A stretch of 57,593 nucleotides of DNA. Source: a virus (Duplodnaviria; Caudoviricetes). Below the pieces are notes generated by a model. It ran no database searches and had not been told where the DNA came from. It saw nothing but the letters and a program-made list of their open reading frames with translations. Both the position numbers and the translations under genes were made by a program. The stretch is from IMG/VR virus record IMGVR_UViG_3300033153_010811, positions 1 to 57,593 of that record, one strand, 5' to 3'. Shown here piece after piece: positions 48,665 to 57,164 of this stretch. Each line of letters opens with the position of its first letter. Within the stretch, counting starts at the first letter, position 1.

Positions 48665-48882
48665 GTAAAAAACCCGAAACCATGCCATTATATATAGCGA
48701 TTGCTCCTATCGGGGTATATTTGCAATCCTGTGTAAAATGCAAACATGATCAGTTTGTTTTGATCAGCAATAACAAATATCTGGCTTGCGCAAAGTGTAA
48801 GGCTAAAATTGCTGAGTTCAATCCGACCTTTACCAAAGCATTGAGCCAGGGGGGAGAGTGTGGGGATCACACATTACATTAA
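48661..48882 (+). CDS. Small Zn-ribbon protein
   Basis: CVKC...CAKC. Confidence 0.5.
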   Translation: MSKKPETMPLYIAIAPIGVYLQSCVKCKHDQFVLISNNKYLACAKCKAKIAEFNPTFTKALSQGGECGDHTLH

Positions 48883-49100
48883 TGGATATTTGGAAAATCA
48901 AAGATAGATCTTTACGAATGTTAATGGACCGGCTGTATTGTAAAACAGTCATGCTTAATAAATTAAAATCATTCACACATTTTGATTGGTCTGATGAAAT
49001 CGTCAGGCTTACTACCGAAATCGGACAGATTAAAATGGGGTTCACAGATTATGAAAAGAATCTCTGGGAGAGAATATGGAAGAAAAACAAGGACAAATAG
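48858..49100 (+). CDS. Hypothetical protein
   Basis: Overlapping ORF chain. Confidence 0.45.
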   Translation: MWGSHITLMDIWKIKDRSLRMLMDRLYCKTVMLNKLKSFTHFDWSDEIVRLTTEIGQIKMGFTDYEKNLWERIWKKNKDK

Positions 49101-49474
49101 TCGAAAAGTTTTATCAATTTCTTGGAGTAATATTTGGGAAAGATGATATGAGCGACCTTGAAGCTAAAGAACGATTATATTTGATCCAGTATATTAGAGA
49201 GGTCGTAAGCAATTGTCTCGAAGCCCAAGAAATAAACCAAATACCTATCCTTGAATTGACAGTTTGGGCAACGTATAACGGCAAAACAAATGTTACAATT
49301 AATCCAAATAAAAACTCCCAGATACTGCGAGGCTGGGAGCTGTCAAAATTAACCAAACGCCTTATGGATGCCATTAATAAGTGGGACGCCAAGGACATCG
49401 GCCAAAAAGATGGTAAGGTGATTGATATGATGTCCGGCCTGGGCTGGGTTGGAAAGACTGGCAAAACTGATTAA
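49076..49474 (+). CDS. Hypothetical protein
   Basis: ORF chain. Confidence 0.55.
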   Translation: MEEKQGQIVEKFYQFLGVIFGKDDMSDLEAKERLYLIQYIREVVSNCLEAQEINQIPILELTVWATYNGKTNVTINPNKNSQILRGWELSKLTKRLMDAINKWDAKDIGQKDGKVIDMMSGLGWVGKTGKTD

Positions 49475-49483
49475 AGGGGAAAA

Positions 49484-49675
49484 ATGGATAAAATAACAGC
49501 TATTTTAGCAGGATTGGCAATCGTATGCGCCACAGCAATCACGGTGGCATGTTTGTATAAACTAACAGGAAGTAATCCTGCTGCCAAAGAAGTCGCAATA
49601 CTGGCGATTACAGCCATGTTTTCTGCGATTTCTGGGGGCGGCATGGGATATCTTGCCGGGAAAAAGAATGAATGA
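49484..49675 (+). CDS. Two-TM small membrane protein (holin-like)
   Basis: Two hydrophobic helices. Confidence 0.55.
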   Translation: MDKITAILAGLAIVCATAITVACLYKLTGSNPAAKEVAILAITAMFSAISGGGMGYLAGKKNE

Positions 49676-50198
49676 TTTACATGATTATTATAAAGTACGG
49701 CCATTAATAAAAACGGGCGATCATCTTGGGTGGAAATCCAATGGTATTATAGGTCGGTTAATCCGGGTATTCGCTCCCGGGCCGATTAATCACAGCGAGA
49801 TTGTTATCAAGATACCGTTTGAGGGCCTCGATGACCGGAGATTTAACATAGGGGCATTGGGAAGTGGTGTGTCTTTGCATTTATTATCCAGACAACTCGA
49901 AAATTATAATGGTAAGGTTTACTGGTATCCGCTCAAAGACGAGTTCGATGAATTAAGACCTGCCATTGCAGCATTTATTTTGCAAAAAATAGATATCAAA
50001 TATGATTTTTACAGTCTTTTTAAAAACGCTTTCGGTAGGGTTTCAACCGAAGCAAGTAAATTATTTTGCTCGGAGGTGTGTAATTGGGCATGGGCCAGTG
50101 CAGGGATAGACACAGGATTTCCATTAAATGGAAAGGCTCCGACTCCGGCTGATATTGATCGGTTTACGATCTTCAAAGAGAAAGTACAAATTTTGTAA
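49668..50198 (+). CDS. Permuted papain-like (YiiX/YebB-like) protein
   Basis: IKTGD, NHSEI, YDF, LFCSE..., PTPAD. Confidence 0.75.
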   Translation: MNDLHDYYKVRPLIKTGDHLGWKSNGIIGRLIRVFAPGPINHSEIVIKIPFEGLDDRRFNIGALGSGVSLHLLSRQLENYNGKVYWYPLKDEFDELRPAIAAFILQKIDIKYDFYSLFKNAFGRVSTEASKLFCSEVCNWAWASAGIDTGFPLNGKAPTPADIDRFTIFKEKVQIL

Positions 50199-50218
50199 CT
50201 GCTTTTGAGGAGAACCCA

Positions 50219-50512
50219 ATGAAACAAATATCATCTTCAAACCTGATATTAAGGTGTTATGCCCACGGAATATATGGTGGGAGATGGTATGGGGTGTGTT
50301 TAGATTTAAACCTGGCCGCTGAAGCTGATTCTTTTAATGAGTTAAAACAAAAACTACATGAAATGACTTCAAGTTATTTTTCATGTGTTTTAGATACAAA
50401 TGACAAAGATTCTATTCCAGGTCTTCTGTCGAAAAAAGCACCTCTAATGGATTGGATTAAATATTATTTAATTTGCCTGCGGATTTCTATTAAGAAACTA
50501 TTTAAATTTTGA
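50219..50512 (+). CDS. HicB-like fold protein
   Basis: WYGVCLDLNLAAEADSFNELKQKL. Confidence 0.55.
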   Translation: MKQISSSNLILRCYAHGIYGGRWYGVCLDLNLAAEADSFNELKQKLHEMTSSYFSCVLDTNDKDSIPGLLSKKAPLMDWIKYYLICLRISIKKLFKF

Positions 50513-50555
50513 ATACAGTCCCTTTTGGGGAAAATGCCTGAAAGTAAGAAATCCC

Positions 50556-50585
50556 TGGGGGTCTAAAATAATTTTAGATCCCCCA
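50556..50585. terminator. Hairpin between convergent late and accessory operons
   Basis: TGGGGGTCTAAAAT-A-ATTTTAGATCCCCCA. Confidence 0.6.
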
Positions 50586-50598
50586 ATCCTCTCTTTGT

Positions 50599-50991
50599 CT
50601 ACTTCATAACGCCTTCTATTATTTGTTTGGCTTTGCTTAAAATGCCCAAAGCCAAGTCCTTATCAATTTTATATCTTAATTTTTCGTCAGGCACTTCAAT
50701 TATTTCTAACAGCGAAGATGCCACATGGATCTTAGCATACAAAGCTTTAAGATCATTTTTTGATATGAGCTTATACCCTTTAATTTCTTTCCTAAACTTA
50801 ATCAAACCAGGGCTAATCTTCCTTACAAATCTTAGCGCCTTGCTGGGTTGGCTTTGGTTCATTTTTAACACCGCAGGAAAATAGCTGGTGTCAAGTCGGT
50901 ATTCGTAGTATGCATTATCAACCTGAAAGCCTATGCGGCCTTCTTTAGAAGTGTATATAAGATCTATCTTTTCAGTCATTTTGGTCCCCAC
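50599..50991 (-). CDS. Hypothetical protein
   Basis: ORF track. Confidence 0.6.
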   Translation of the reverse strand: MGTKMTEKIDLIYTSKEGRIGFQVDNAYYEYRLDTSYFPAVLKMNQSQPSKALRFVRKISPGLIKFRKEIKGYKLISKNDLKALYAKIHVASSLLEIIEVPDEKLRYKIDKDLALGILSKAKQIIEGVMK

Positions 50992-51259
50992 TGGATTTGT
51001 TTTTAAATTCAGCCAATTCTTTTTTTAGCTGACTCAGTAATTCCTCATATGTTTTCAATTCAGGTGCGTCTTTACAATAACTCCAAGTTATCACCCATTC
51101 ATCTGGAAAACATTGAACACAAATATTACCCTTCTTCTCGTCAAAAGTAAACCACACTCTGTGGCCTAAAATATCACTTAGAGAACAACCTGCCTCTTGT
51201 ACAGCTAATGCTGCAAGAGCAACTTGCGGCCTTATATCTTCTCTATATTTTATTCTCAT
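50972..51259 (-). CDS. Hypothetical protein
   Basis: GGAGG RBS. Confidence 0.6.
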   Translation of the reverse strand: MRIKYREDIRPQVALAALAVQEAGCSLSDILGHRVWFTFDEKKGNICVQCFPDEWVITWSYCKDAPELKTYEELLSQLKKELAEFKNKSSGDQND

Positions 51260-51447
51260 GTAATTTCCTCCGCTTTCAGTTTTTTGAGTAGATTTAGATT
51301 GCTATCACGTTTAGTGTTAATTTCATCCAAGTAGTTTTTGAGTCTCTTTCTGGCATCCATACCAGCCTTTATGGTTTTTTCCACTTGTCGTTGTTCCTTC
51401 TTTGATAGCAGCTCAGCTTCATTTTCTGCATAATCTTCTTTTGTCAT
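51256..51447 (-). CDS. Hypothetical protein
   Basis: AGGAG RBS. Confidence 0.55.
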   Translation of the reverse strand: MTKEDYAENEAELLSKKEQRQVEKTIKAGMDARKRLKNYLDEINTKRDSNLNLLKKLKAEEIT

Positions 51448-51615
51448 AGTCTCCTTCCCTATTTAAAGTATCGAATAACCCAACAAAAAACGGTTAGCTC
51501 ATATCCAAGAACTTCCTCACGTTGGCTTCTCATTCTTCGTAGCATTAATATCCATTTAAACTTTGGCGACCATCTATAAAATTGAATTCCTCTCATTTTG
51601 ATCCTCCTTTTTGCT

Positions 51616-51850
51616 TTACAGCATTCCACTCTCAGCCATTATTCTAATTACCTCTTCTTCTGGAAGAACCCAACAGGGATATATTACAGCTTTCCCGTGA
51701 AGAGAATAACAACGTGTTCGGTACTCCTTAAATGTGAGGGTGCTTAGACTTCTTTTGTACTCATCTTGTACCCAGCTGTCGTATATTAGTAACAGCTCTG
51801 GAAACAAGAAATAATACATCCACATTTATTTCCTTAGTTATACTATTCAT
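51616..51850 (-). pseudogene. Paralog 1 of the MWxYYFLFPE family, internally deleted/frameshifted
   Basis: MNSITKEI start joins MWMYYFLFPE out of frame. Confidence 0.6.
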
Positions 51851-51862
51851 TAGCTTTCCTCC

Positions 51863-52135
51863 CTATATTATCCCACTCTCAGCCATTATCCTCAACACCT
51901 CCTCTTCTGGAAGAACCCAGCAAGGAAATATTATAGCCTCTCCGCTACAAGCGACCAGATTAAATACTTTATATTCCTTCGCCGCCCACTCATCGTATAT
52001 GATGAGCAGCTCAGGAAATAGAAAGTAGTATACCCACATCGGAGAGAACGGTAATGATCTGCATACCGAGCTATGCGGATCATTCTTTTTGAATTCCTCA
52101 TAAGTTTGTTTTATTTCTTTAGTTATGCTGTTCAT
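51863..52135 (-). CDS. Paralog 2 of the MWxYYFLFPE family
   Basis: Shared motifs with 51616 and 52561 ORFs. Confidence 0.7.
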   Translation of the reverse strand: MNSITKEIKQTYEEFKKNDPHSSVCRSLPFSPMWVYYFLFPELLIIYDEWAAKEYKVFNLVACSGEAIIFPCWVLPEEEVLRIMAESGII

Positions 52136-52560
52136 TAGCTTTCCTCCCTATATTTCATCTCTTATGAATTCAAGCATTCTTTTGTGAGCTTTTAACCAAC
52201 ACGGAAGCCATATTTTATCTTCTTCCACGTAATTGTGCGGATTTCCTTTTTGTTCCATCTCATTGATACAATCCTGTGCCCACTCGATTTCCTCCTCACA
52301 TTTTTTTCTAATCTCATCTATCACTTTATTATCTCACTTGGTTATAAGGATCTATTAGATGAATTCTGTATCTTCCTACAATTTGGACAATACAATCGTC
52401 TAATAGTCTCGTCCTCTAATTTATATTGTTCCATTAATGTAGGCCATCCGCATCTTTCACAACATTTCCACCCATCAACAAAATAAGGCTCAGATCATAC
52501 TTTAGGCGGAAACATCCGATTAATAAAACGTTTTATCATTTTAATCTCCCCTCTGTCTCC

Positions 52561-52878
52561 CTATAATATCCTACTTTCCTTCATAATCCTAAGAACTTCC
52601 TCCTTTGAAAGAACCTTACATGGATATAGTAGGGCTTCACCTCTTGCCGTGCTGAATATAAATTTTCTATATCCCTCAATAAAATAAATGCTCGGATACT
52701 TTTCATATTCCGCTAATGTATAATCATCATACACTTGCAACACCTCTGGGAATAAGAAGTAATACATCCACATTTGATCTATTATTGAGAACGGCGCTGA
52801 AGCATATACTGGTCTTGGAGGGCTGGTCTTTTTAAATTGATCGAAGACTTTTTTTATTTCCTTAGTTATGTTGTGCAC
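52561..52878 (-). CDS. Paralog 3 of the MWxYYFLFPE family
   Basis: NITKEIK...MWMYYFLFPE...EEVLRIM.ES. Confidence 0.7.
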   Translation of the reverse strand: MHNITKEIKKVFDQFKKTSPPRPVYASAPFSIIDQMWMYYFLFPEVLQVYDDYTLAEYEKYPSIYFIEGYRKFIFSTARGEALLYPCKVLSKEEVLRIMKESRIL

Positions 52879-53408
52879 TGCTCCCCCTCGATTTTAATCC
52901 GGTGCTCACCTGTGTAATGGTGATTAAGGTTTTCTATGCCTATTTCTTTTTGATAATGATTTGCCTCAAAATCAAGCATATCGCATTTGTGACAATTCAT
53001 TGGCTGATTTGCATATGCCGCTGCGTCCCTGCATTCCTTGTATCTTCTACAATGCAATGCCGCAAACGCTCGCTTTTCGCGAGCGTTTTTCCTTTCGGAT
53101 TTTTTGTTGTGTCGAGTGCTCCATCCTTGAGAATGGGCATACTTGGATATCCTTGCGTCAGAAATACCCAGTTCTAAGGCCAGGGCTTTAACGCGTCCAT
53201 GACCGACATCATGATTATAGACCTCGAAAATTCTATTGTGTATGTCTGGTGTAATCCTTCGGACTTTGGTGCGGCCTTTTCGACTGATGGGATGGCCGCT
53301 TTTTTTCTGACATGCTCGGCTACAGAAACGGGGAGGTCCTTGTTCTTCCGATCTCCATGCTTGACCTGCATGGCCGCATGTTTCACAGATGAAACTATAT
53401 ACGGGCAT
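52866..53408 (-). CDS. Zn-finger/HTH hypothetical protein
   Basis: MPVYSFICETCG, FCSRAC, LALELGISDARI. Confidence 0.6.
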   Translation of the reverse strand: MPVYSFICETCGHAGQAWRSEEQGPPRFCSRACQKKSGHPISRKGRTKVRRITPDIHNRIFEVYNHDVGHGRVKALALELGISDARISKYAHSQGWSTRHNKKSERKNAREKRAFAALHCRRYKECRDAAAYANQPMNCHKCDMLDFEANHYQKEIGIENLNHHYTGEHRIKIEGEQCTT

Positions 53409-53586
53409 TGTTTTCCTTACAATGGTTTGTTACACCCCTCACCTGGATTTATGTTCATTATAGCTAAGGTGTGATTTGCATGGCCTCTGCCCCATGCTCG
53501 TACCCTGTGAGTGGAGTTAATCCTCACGCCATCAAATTAAGCTCACAGACTCCATTTGTACTACTCAAAACACCAGTTTCTTAGGG

Positions 53587-53698
53587 GTATAACGAAATTA
53601 TTCATAATATTCACATTCTGGTTTATGAAATACTGTGAGTCCTTGAATAGGACAATTGCACCGACCTTCGCCGTCCGAGTGCATGATGCTGGTTAGAT
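53587..53698 (-). repeat. attC-like site (right arm degenerate)
   Basis: ATCTAAC-CAGCATCATGCACTCGGAC...GTTATAC. Confidence 0.55.
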
Positions 53699-53849
53699 AA
53701 TGGCGAAGCGCAGAGATAATAAGTGGTATTTCAATCTCTGGCTCTTTTATAGCAATAGATGCCCACTGATACCCATTATGGGTTACAGATAGATAAATAT
53801 CTTTTCCGTTTCTTTCGGTTTTAACCTCAACTTTATATTTTTTATTCAT
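53598..53849 (-). CDS. Cassette ORF, hypothetical
   Basis: Reads into its attC. Confidence 0.6.
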   Translation of the reverse strand: MNKKYKVEVKTERNGKDIYLSVTHNGYQWASIAIKEPEIEIPLIISALRHYLTSIMHSDGEGRCNCPIQGLTVFHKPECEYYE

Positions 53850-53854
53850 AAGTC

Positions 53855-53987
53855 ACCTAACGATTAGCTCACTGATAGCGAACCTATACCTGCTCTCCAC
53901 ATAAGCCACAAATACGAACTGATTTAATGTAACCCTTTGGATGAACGCACCGACCTTCGCCGTCCGAGTGCATGGCGCTGGTTAGGG
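53855..53987 (-). repeat. attC-like site
   Basis: CCCTAAC-CAGCGCCATGCACTCGGAC...GTGAGCTAATC-GTTAGGT. Confidence 0.7.
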
Positions 53988-54144
53988 TGGCGTCTTCGAG
54001 TTCTACAGATACGACATTATAAGGGCCAACTATCTCAAAACCAGGCGACCCTCCATTCATTTCATCTGCCAGCTCTTGCATTTTGCGGCCATCTATTGAA
54101 GCTCTTTCAATATTGTCTTCAAACATTAAAATATGTACTTGCAT
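53884..54144 (-). CDS. Cassette ORF, hypothetical
   Basis: GGAGG RBS in the core site; reads into attC. Confidence 0.6.
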   Translation of the reverse strand: MQVHILMFEDNIERASIDGRKMQELADEMNGGSPGFEIVGPYNVVSVELEDATLTSAMHSDGEGRCVHPKGYIKSVRICGLCGEQV

Positions 54145-54151
54145 CTAAGCC

Positions 54152-54209
54152 TCCTAACGATTAGCTGAGCCGCTCGGCTTTTCGAGTCGGCTCAAGCGGC
54201 TTGCTAGAT
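54152..54209 (-). repeat. attC-like site (58 bp)
   Basis: ATCTAGC-AAGCCGCTTGAGCCGACTCGAAAAGCCGAGCGGCTCAGCTAATC-GTTAGGA. Confidence 0.8.
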
Positions 54210-54481
54210 TGTTTGTTAATTAATGACTCTAAGTCTGCCGCACAAGCATATAACCACGCTTGTTCGGAGGTGTTGTGTGATTTATCTGCTTGGTCTTTCC
54301 ATTTATTAGCCAATAACCGATATTTGTTTTTCATATTACCTCCAGTAGTTGGTTGTATATCTTCTTCCATATCCAAAAGCCAATTAGCGCATTCTTCACA
54401 TAAAGATTCATCTGTGCCACAATTTTCACTATCTACAAAAAACTCCTCTCCACACTCTTTACAAATACCTCTGATTTGCAT
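54161..54481 (-). CDS. Cassette ORF, probable fusion of two ORFs
   Basis: Internal GGAGG-ATG at 54334. Confidence 0.55.
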   Translation of the reverse strand: MQIRGICKECGEEFFVDSENCGTDESLCEECANWLLDMEEDIQPTTGGNMKNKYRLLANKWKDQADKSHNTSEQAWLYACAADLESLINKQSSKPLEPTRKAERLS

Positions 54482-54500
54482 CTTGCTACCTCCTCAAGAA

Positions 54501-54559
54501 ATATAACGATTTAGCTGAACGGCGCAGTTTTTGGCGTCCGCTCCAGCGCCTGGTTATAT
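54501..54559 (-). repeat. attC-like site (59 bp)
   Basis: ATATAAC-CAGGCGCTGGAGCGGAC...CCGTTCAGCTAAATC-GTTATAT. Confidence 0.85.
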
Positions 54560-54765
54560 TTTTTCGTACAATTTACAATATGATCGATCAATTTAACCAT
54601 GTTATCATACAACTTACCATGTGATTCCATCATGTGGGGCCCCAGGTAAAATTCTCCGAAAATAATAGACATGTCTCCAGATTTAATTCCCAGAGATATG
54701 ACTTCGGCTGGCCCACAACTACCCATATATTCAGGCTTTATTGCTTTTATTTTTTCTATAATCAT
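54511..54765 (-). CDS. Cassette ORF, hypothetical
   Basis: GGAGG RBS. Confidence 0.6.
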   Translation of the reverse strand: MIIEKIKAIKPEYMGSCGPAEVISLGIKSGDMSIIFGEFYLGPHMMESHGKLYDNMVKLIDHIVNCTKKYNQALERTPKTAPFS

Positions 54766-54780
54766 TCAATTTCCTCCAAA

Positions 54781-54822
54781 ATATAACAGTGTTAATAAAC
54801 AGGAATCTGCGGCTTGTTATAA
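54781..54822 (-). repeat. Short/deleted attC-like site (42 bp)
   Basis: TTATAAC...GTTATAT. Confidence 0.55.
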
Positions 54823-54954
54823 AACCGAGATATGTTGTTTAACAACTTTAATATGTATTTGATTTTTTATATCGTCATACTCGATTTCTTTTATCTCTCG
54901 TTCTTCTGACAAAATTTTTATAATTTCTCTTATTTCCTTTTCTGGTATAATCAT
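54817..54954 (-). CDS. Cassette ORF, 45 aa
   Basis: AGGAG RBS; stop TAA within the AAC box. Confidence 0.55.
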   Translation of the reverse strand: MIIPEKEIREIIKILSEEREIKEIEYDDIKNQIHIKVVKQHISVL

Positions 54955-54976
54955 AATATTTACTCCTTTAGTAGTT

Positions 54977-55034
54977 TTATAACGATAAGTTAAGTCGCCC
55001 GGTTTTTCGAGTCGGCTCAAGCGGCTTGTTATGC
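54977..55034 (-). repeat. attC-like site (58 bp)
   Basis: GCATAAC-AAGCCGCTTGAGCCGACTCGAAAAACCGGGCGACTTAACTTATC-GTTATAA. Confidence 0.8.
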
Positions 55035-55699
55035 CATAGTCGATTGAGATTTTTCTTAATTTTGACTTTGGTAATTTTTTTAAGCTCAAATATCAGTTCT
55101 TGCACTTTTTTTAGTTCTGGCTCACACAATTTGACCTTATGATTTGTATTAGCTCCGATATTTACCCATTCGGGTTCTATATCCGCAATCCATTTAACCA
55201 TTGATTTTATATCAAAGTCCATGATGGGTTCTATTGTGACCATTAGAGCAAGAGGAAAACCACAGCCTCGAATGACAGCCATTTGCTCAAAACGATCTAT
55301 TGTTTTTGGCGCATGCCCCATTTCTGGATAATAACGGTTGGTTTCAATCGTTGTACCAATAACACTTTTACTTGGCAGATATTCAGCATAAGCATTGAAT
55401 CGGGCTGGATTTTTCGATTGAAAAAGATATTTATTTTTAAAACGGTCACATACATTTAGTGTGCGATCTATCCATGCTTTAGGTATTTTATCGGCCCACA
55501 TATCACAGGATGACCCAACGAATATGTAATTGCTCTCGCCTAGATCGGTTTTAAGTTCTAATTCATCGAGTCGAACCGGTTTTTGTTCTCCCCACCGTTT
55601 CATATAGCAATACGTGCAATCGTGAGGACATTTACCTTTTACGGTATTCCATGTGTGAGTCAAAAATGAGTACATATTTCCTTTTACTATATTAAGCAC
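54977..55699 (-). CDS. DUF5131 (Gp37/Gp68-like) radical-SAM-type protein
   Basis: TWNTVKGKCPHDCTYCY CxxxCxxC; IFVGSSCDMW; TIEPI; WVNIGA. Confidence 0.8.
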   Translation of the reverse strand: MLNIVKGNMYSFLTHTWNTVKGKCPHDCTYCYMKRWGEQKPVRLDELELKTDLGESNYIFVGSSCDMWADKIPKAWIDRTLNVCDRFKNKYLFQSKNPARFNAYAEYLPSKSVIGTTIETNRYYPEMGHAPKTIDRFEQMAVIRGCGFPLALMVTIEPIMDFDIKSMVKWIADIEPEWVNIGANTNHKVKLCEPELKKVQELIFELKKITKVKIKKNLNRLWHNKPLEPTRKTGRLNLSL

Positions 55700-55823
55700 T
55701 TGTTACGGTTTAGTCAGCGGTGCGATTGGCGCATTTATCACATACCCATCGTTTAACGGTAACACAATTTTGCCCACATAAAGCACACGGCATCATAGCA
55801 TCCGCTTCAACGACTGGTTGGGA
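55700..55823 (-). repeat. attC-like site (long, core GTT mutated to GTA)
   Basis: TCCCAAC-CAGTCGTTGAAGCGGAT...ACCGCTGACTAAACC-GTAACAA. Confidence 0.65.
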
Positions 55824-55964
55824 GGCACTTGGGTAGTAGCAACCGATTGAGTCCCATAATACTTTCAAGATGTGCTTTCTTTCTAAGCTGTTCTTGGTAT
55901 TATCAACTAACCATCTTGCATCATTATTTATTAATTCTCTATATTTCTCATATTTAACTTTCAT
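55710..55964 (-). CDS. Cassette ORF, hypothetical
   Basis: GGAGG RBS; reads through attC. Confidence 0.6.
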   Translation of the reverse strand: MKVKYEKYRELINNDARWLVDNTKNSLERKHILKVLWDSIGCYYPSASQPVVEADAMMPCALCGQNCVTVKRWVCDKCANRTAD

Positions 55965-55974
55965 TCTCTTAGCC

Positions 55975-56074
55975 TCCCAACATCCAAATAACCTACAAGA
56001 AAAGCCACTATAAAAATAACGCTCATTTTAAAACGGCTTGGCTTTTCTTGTCAGAGTTAATTTTATTGTTATCT
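55975..56074 (-). repeat. attC-like site (100 bp)
   Basis: AGATAAC-AATAAAATTAACTCTGAC-AAGAAAAGCCA...TGGCTTTTCTT-GTAGGTTATTTGGAT-GTTGGGA. Confidence 0.8.
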
Positions 56075-56343
56075 GCTTTTTGAAAATCTTTTTTCATGGT
56101 GGTGAATAAAAGTATAAATTTGTCTAAATCTTCTTCGCGCATCAACCATGTATCCCAATGTCCATATTTACACTTATATCCAAATAAGTATTTTATAGCT
56201 ATCCAAAGCCTTTTGTACCATTTCCGCCAATCATTTAGAAATATACTTGCATAAATTTCTCGATCTTCTCTGTCATATACAAATTTCAGGATATGTTCAT
56301 CGGAATAACAAGCACATTCAAAAAAATAAGTTCCATCAAGCAT
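56023..56343 (-). CDS. Cassette ORF, hypothetical
   Basis: AGGAG RBS. Confidence 0.65.
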   Translation of the reverse strand: MLDGTYFFECACYSDEHILKFVYDREDREIYASIFLNDWRKWYKRLWIAIKYLFGYKCKYGHWDTWLMREEDLDKFILLFTTMKKDFQKADNNKINSDKKSQAVLK

Positions 56344-56360
56344 TGTTAATTTCTCCTTGC

Positions 56361-56495
56361 AGATAACGTTCTAATAACCTGCGTGTAGGGTTTGCACACC
56401 CCTTAAAAGAGCACTCCCGCCCGTCATCCCCTGGCAATTATCGACTCTTACCGACAAGCCGACCCTACACGTCAGAGTTAATTTGTTTGTTAGCG
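56361..56495 (-). repeat. attC-like site (135 bp)
   Basis: CGCTAAC-AAACAAATTAACTCTGAC-GTGTAGGGT...ACCCTACAC-GCAGGTTATTAGAAC-GTTATCT. Confidence 0.8.
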
Positions 56496-56579
56496 GGCCA
56501 TGCCGTCCCCGCCTCTTTCGAGGTTCGCTGTACCACCCGACCGTATTTATTCGACATGGAGTATTTTCCACTTCCCACC

Positions 56580-56637
56580 CGCTAACGATTAGCTGAGCCG
56601 CCCGGTTTTTCGAGTCGGCTCAAGCGGCTGGTTAGAT
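56580..56637 (-). repeat. attC-like site (58 bp)
   Basis: ATCTAAC-CAGCCGCTTGAGCCGAC...CGGCTCAGCTAATC-GTTAGCG. Confidence 0.85.
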
Positions 56638-56832
56638 ACTTAAATTGTCATTATACCATATGCCGTATTCATAGCGTCTTTCTGCTTCCCTCTCTTCCCG
56701 GCACATACAATCATCACATATCGCCCACTTAACGCCGCCCTCCGAATACACTCCATCGGTATCATTCCCACATTTAGGACATTTGTGCACTTTAAGTTCT
56801 TCCTTACCTAAATAAGTAATTGTCTTTTTCAT
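56632..56832 (-). CDS. Cassette ORF, Zn-finger
   Basis: CPKC...CDDC; stop TAA within the AAC box. Confidence 0.65.
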   Translation of the reverse strand: MKKTITYLGKEELKVHKCPKCGNDTDGVYSEGGVKWAICDDCMCREEREAERRYEYGIWYNDNLSI

Positions 56833-56849
56833 GATTTATCCTCCTTTAG

Positions 56850-56907
56850 GGCTAACGATTAGCTGAGCCGCTCGGCTTTTCGAGTCGGCTCAAGCGGCTG
56901 GTTATCT
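56850..56907 (-). repeat. attC-like site (58 bp)
   Basis: AGATAAC-CAGCCGCTTGAGCCGAC...CGGCTCAGCTAATC-GTTAGCC. Confidence 0.85.
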
Positions 56908-57147
56908 AATTTCCATTACCCATCCCTTTGATTTCACTTGTGCAATTATGCCTGTTAATTGTGGAAATTTTTTATTTGAATATAATCTGCCCTCGGAATT
57001 AACAGGTGCTGTTGCAAATACACAAGCACGATCTTTCTTGCGAATTAATCGGTACGCCCCTTTTGAGAGTTCCCACTCTACTATATCTCCTACCTCTGCA
57101 TGAGGGCAATTTTCGTGTACTGGGTATGTATTGCGTATTATTTTCAT
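56902..57147 (-). CDS. Cassette ORF, hypothetical
   Basis: GAGGAGG RBS; stop TAA within the AAC box. Confidence 0.65.
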   Translation of the reverse strand: MKIIRNTYPVHENCPHAEVGDIVEWELSKGAYRLIRKKDRACVFATAPVNSEGRLYSNKKFPQLTGIIAQVKSKGWVMEIR

Positions 57148-57164
57148 ATATAGCCTCCTCTTAC

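Noticed and set aside
56520-56540. T-box-like GGGTGGTACAGCG on the minus strand
   Set aside because: No matching antiterminator 3' strand or stem I
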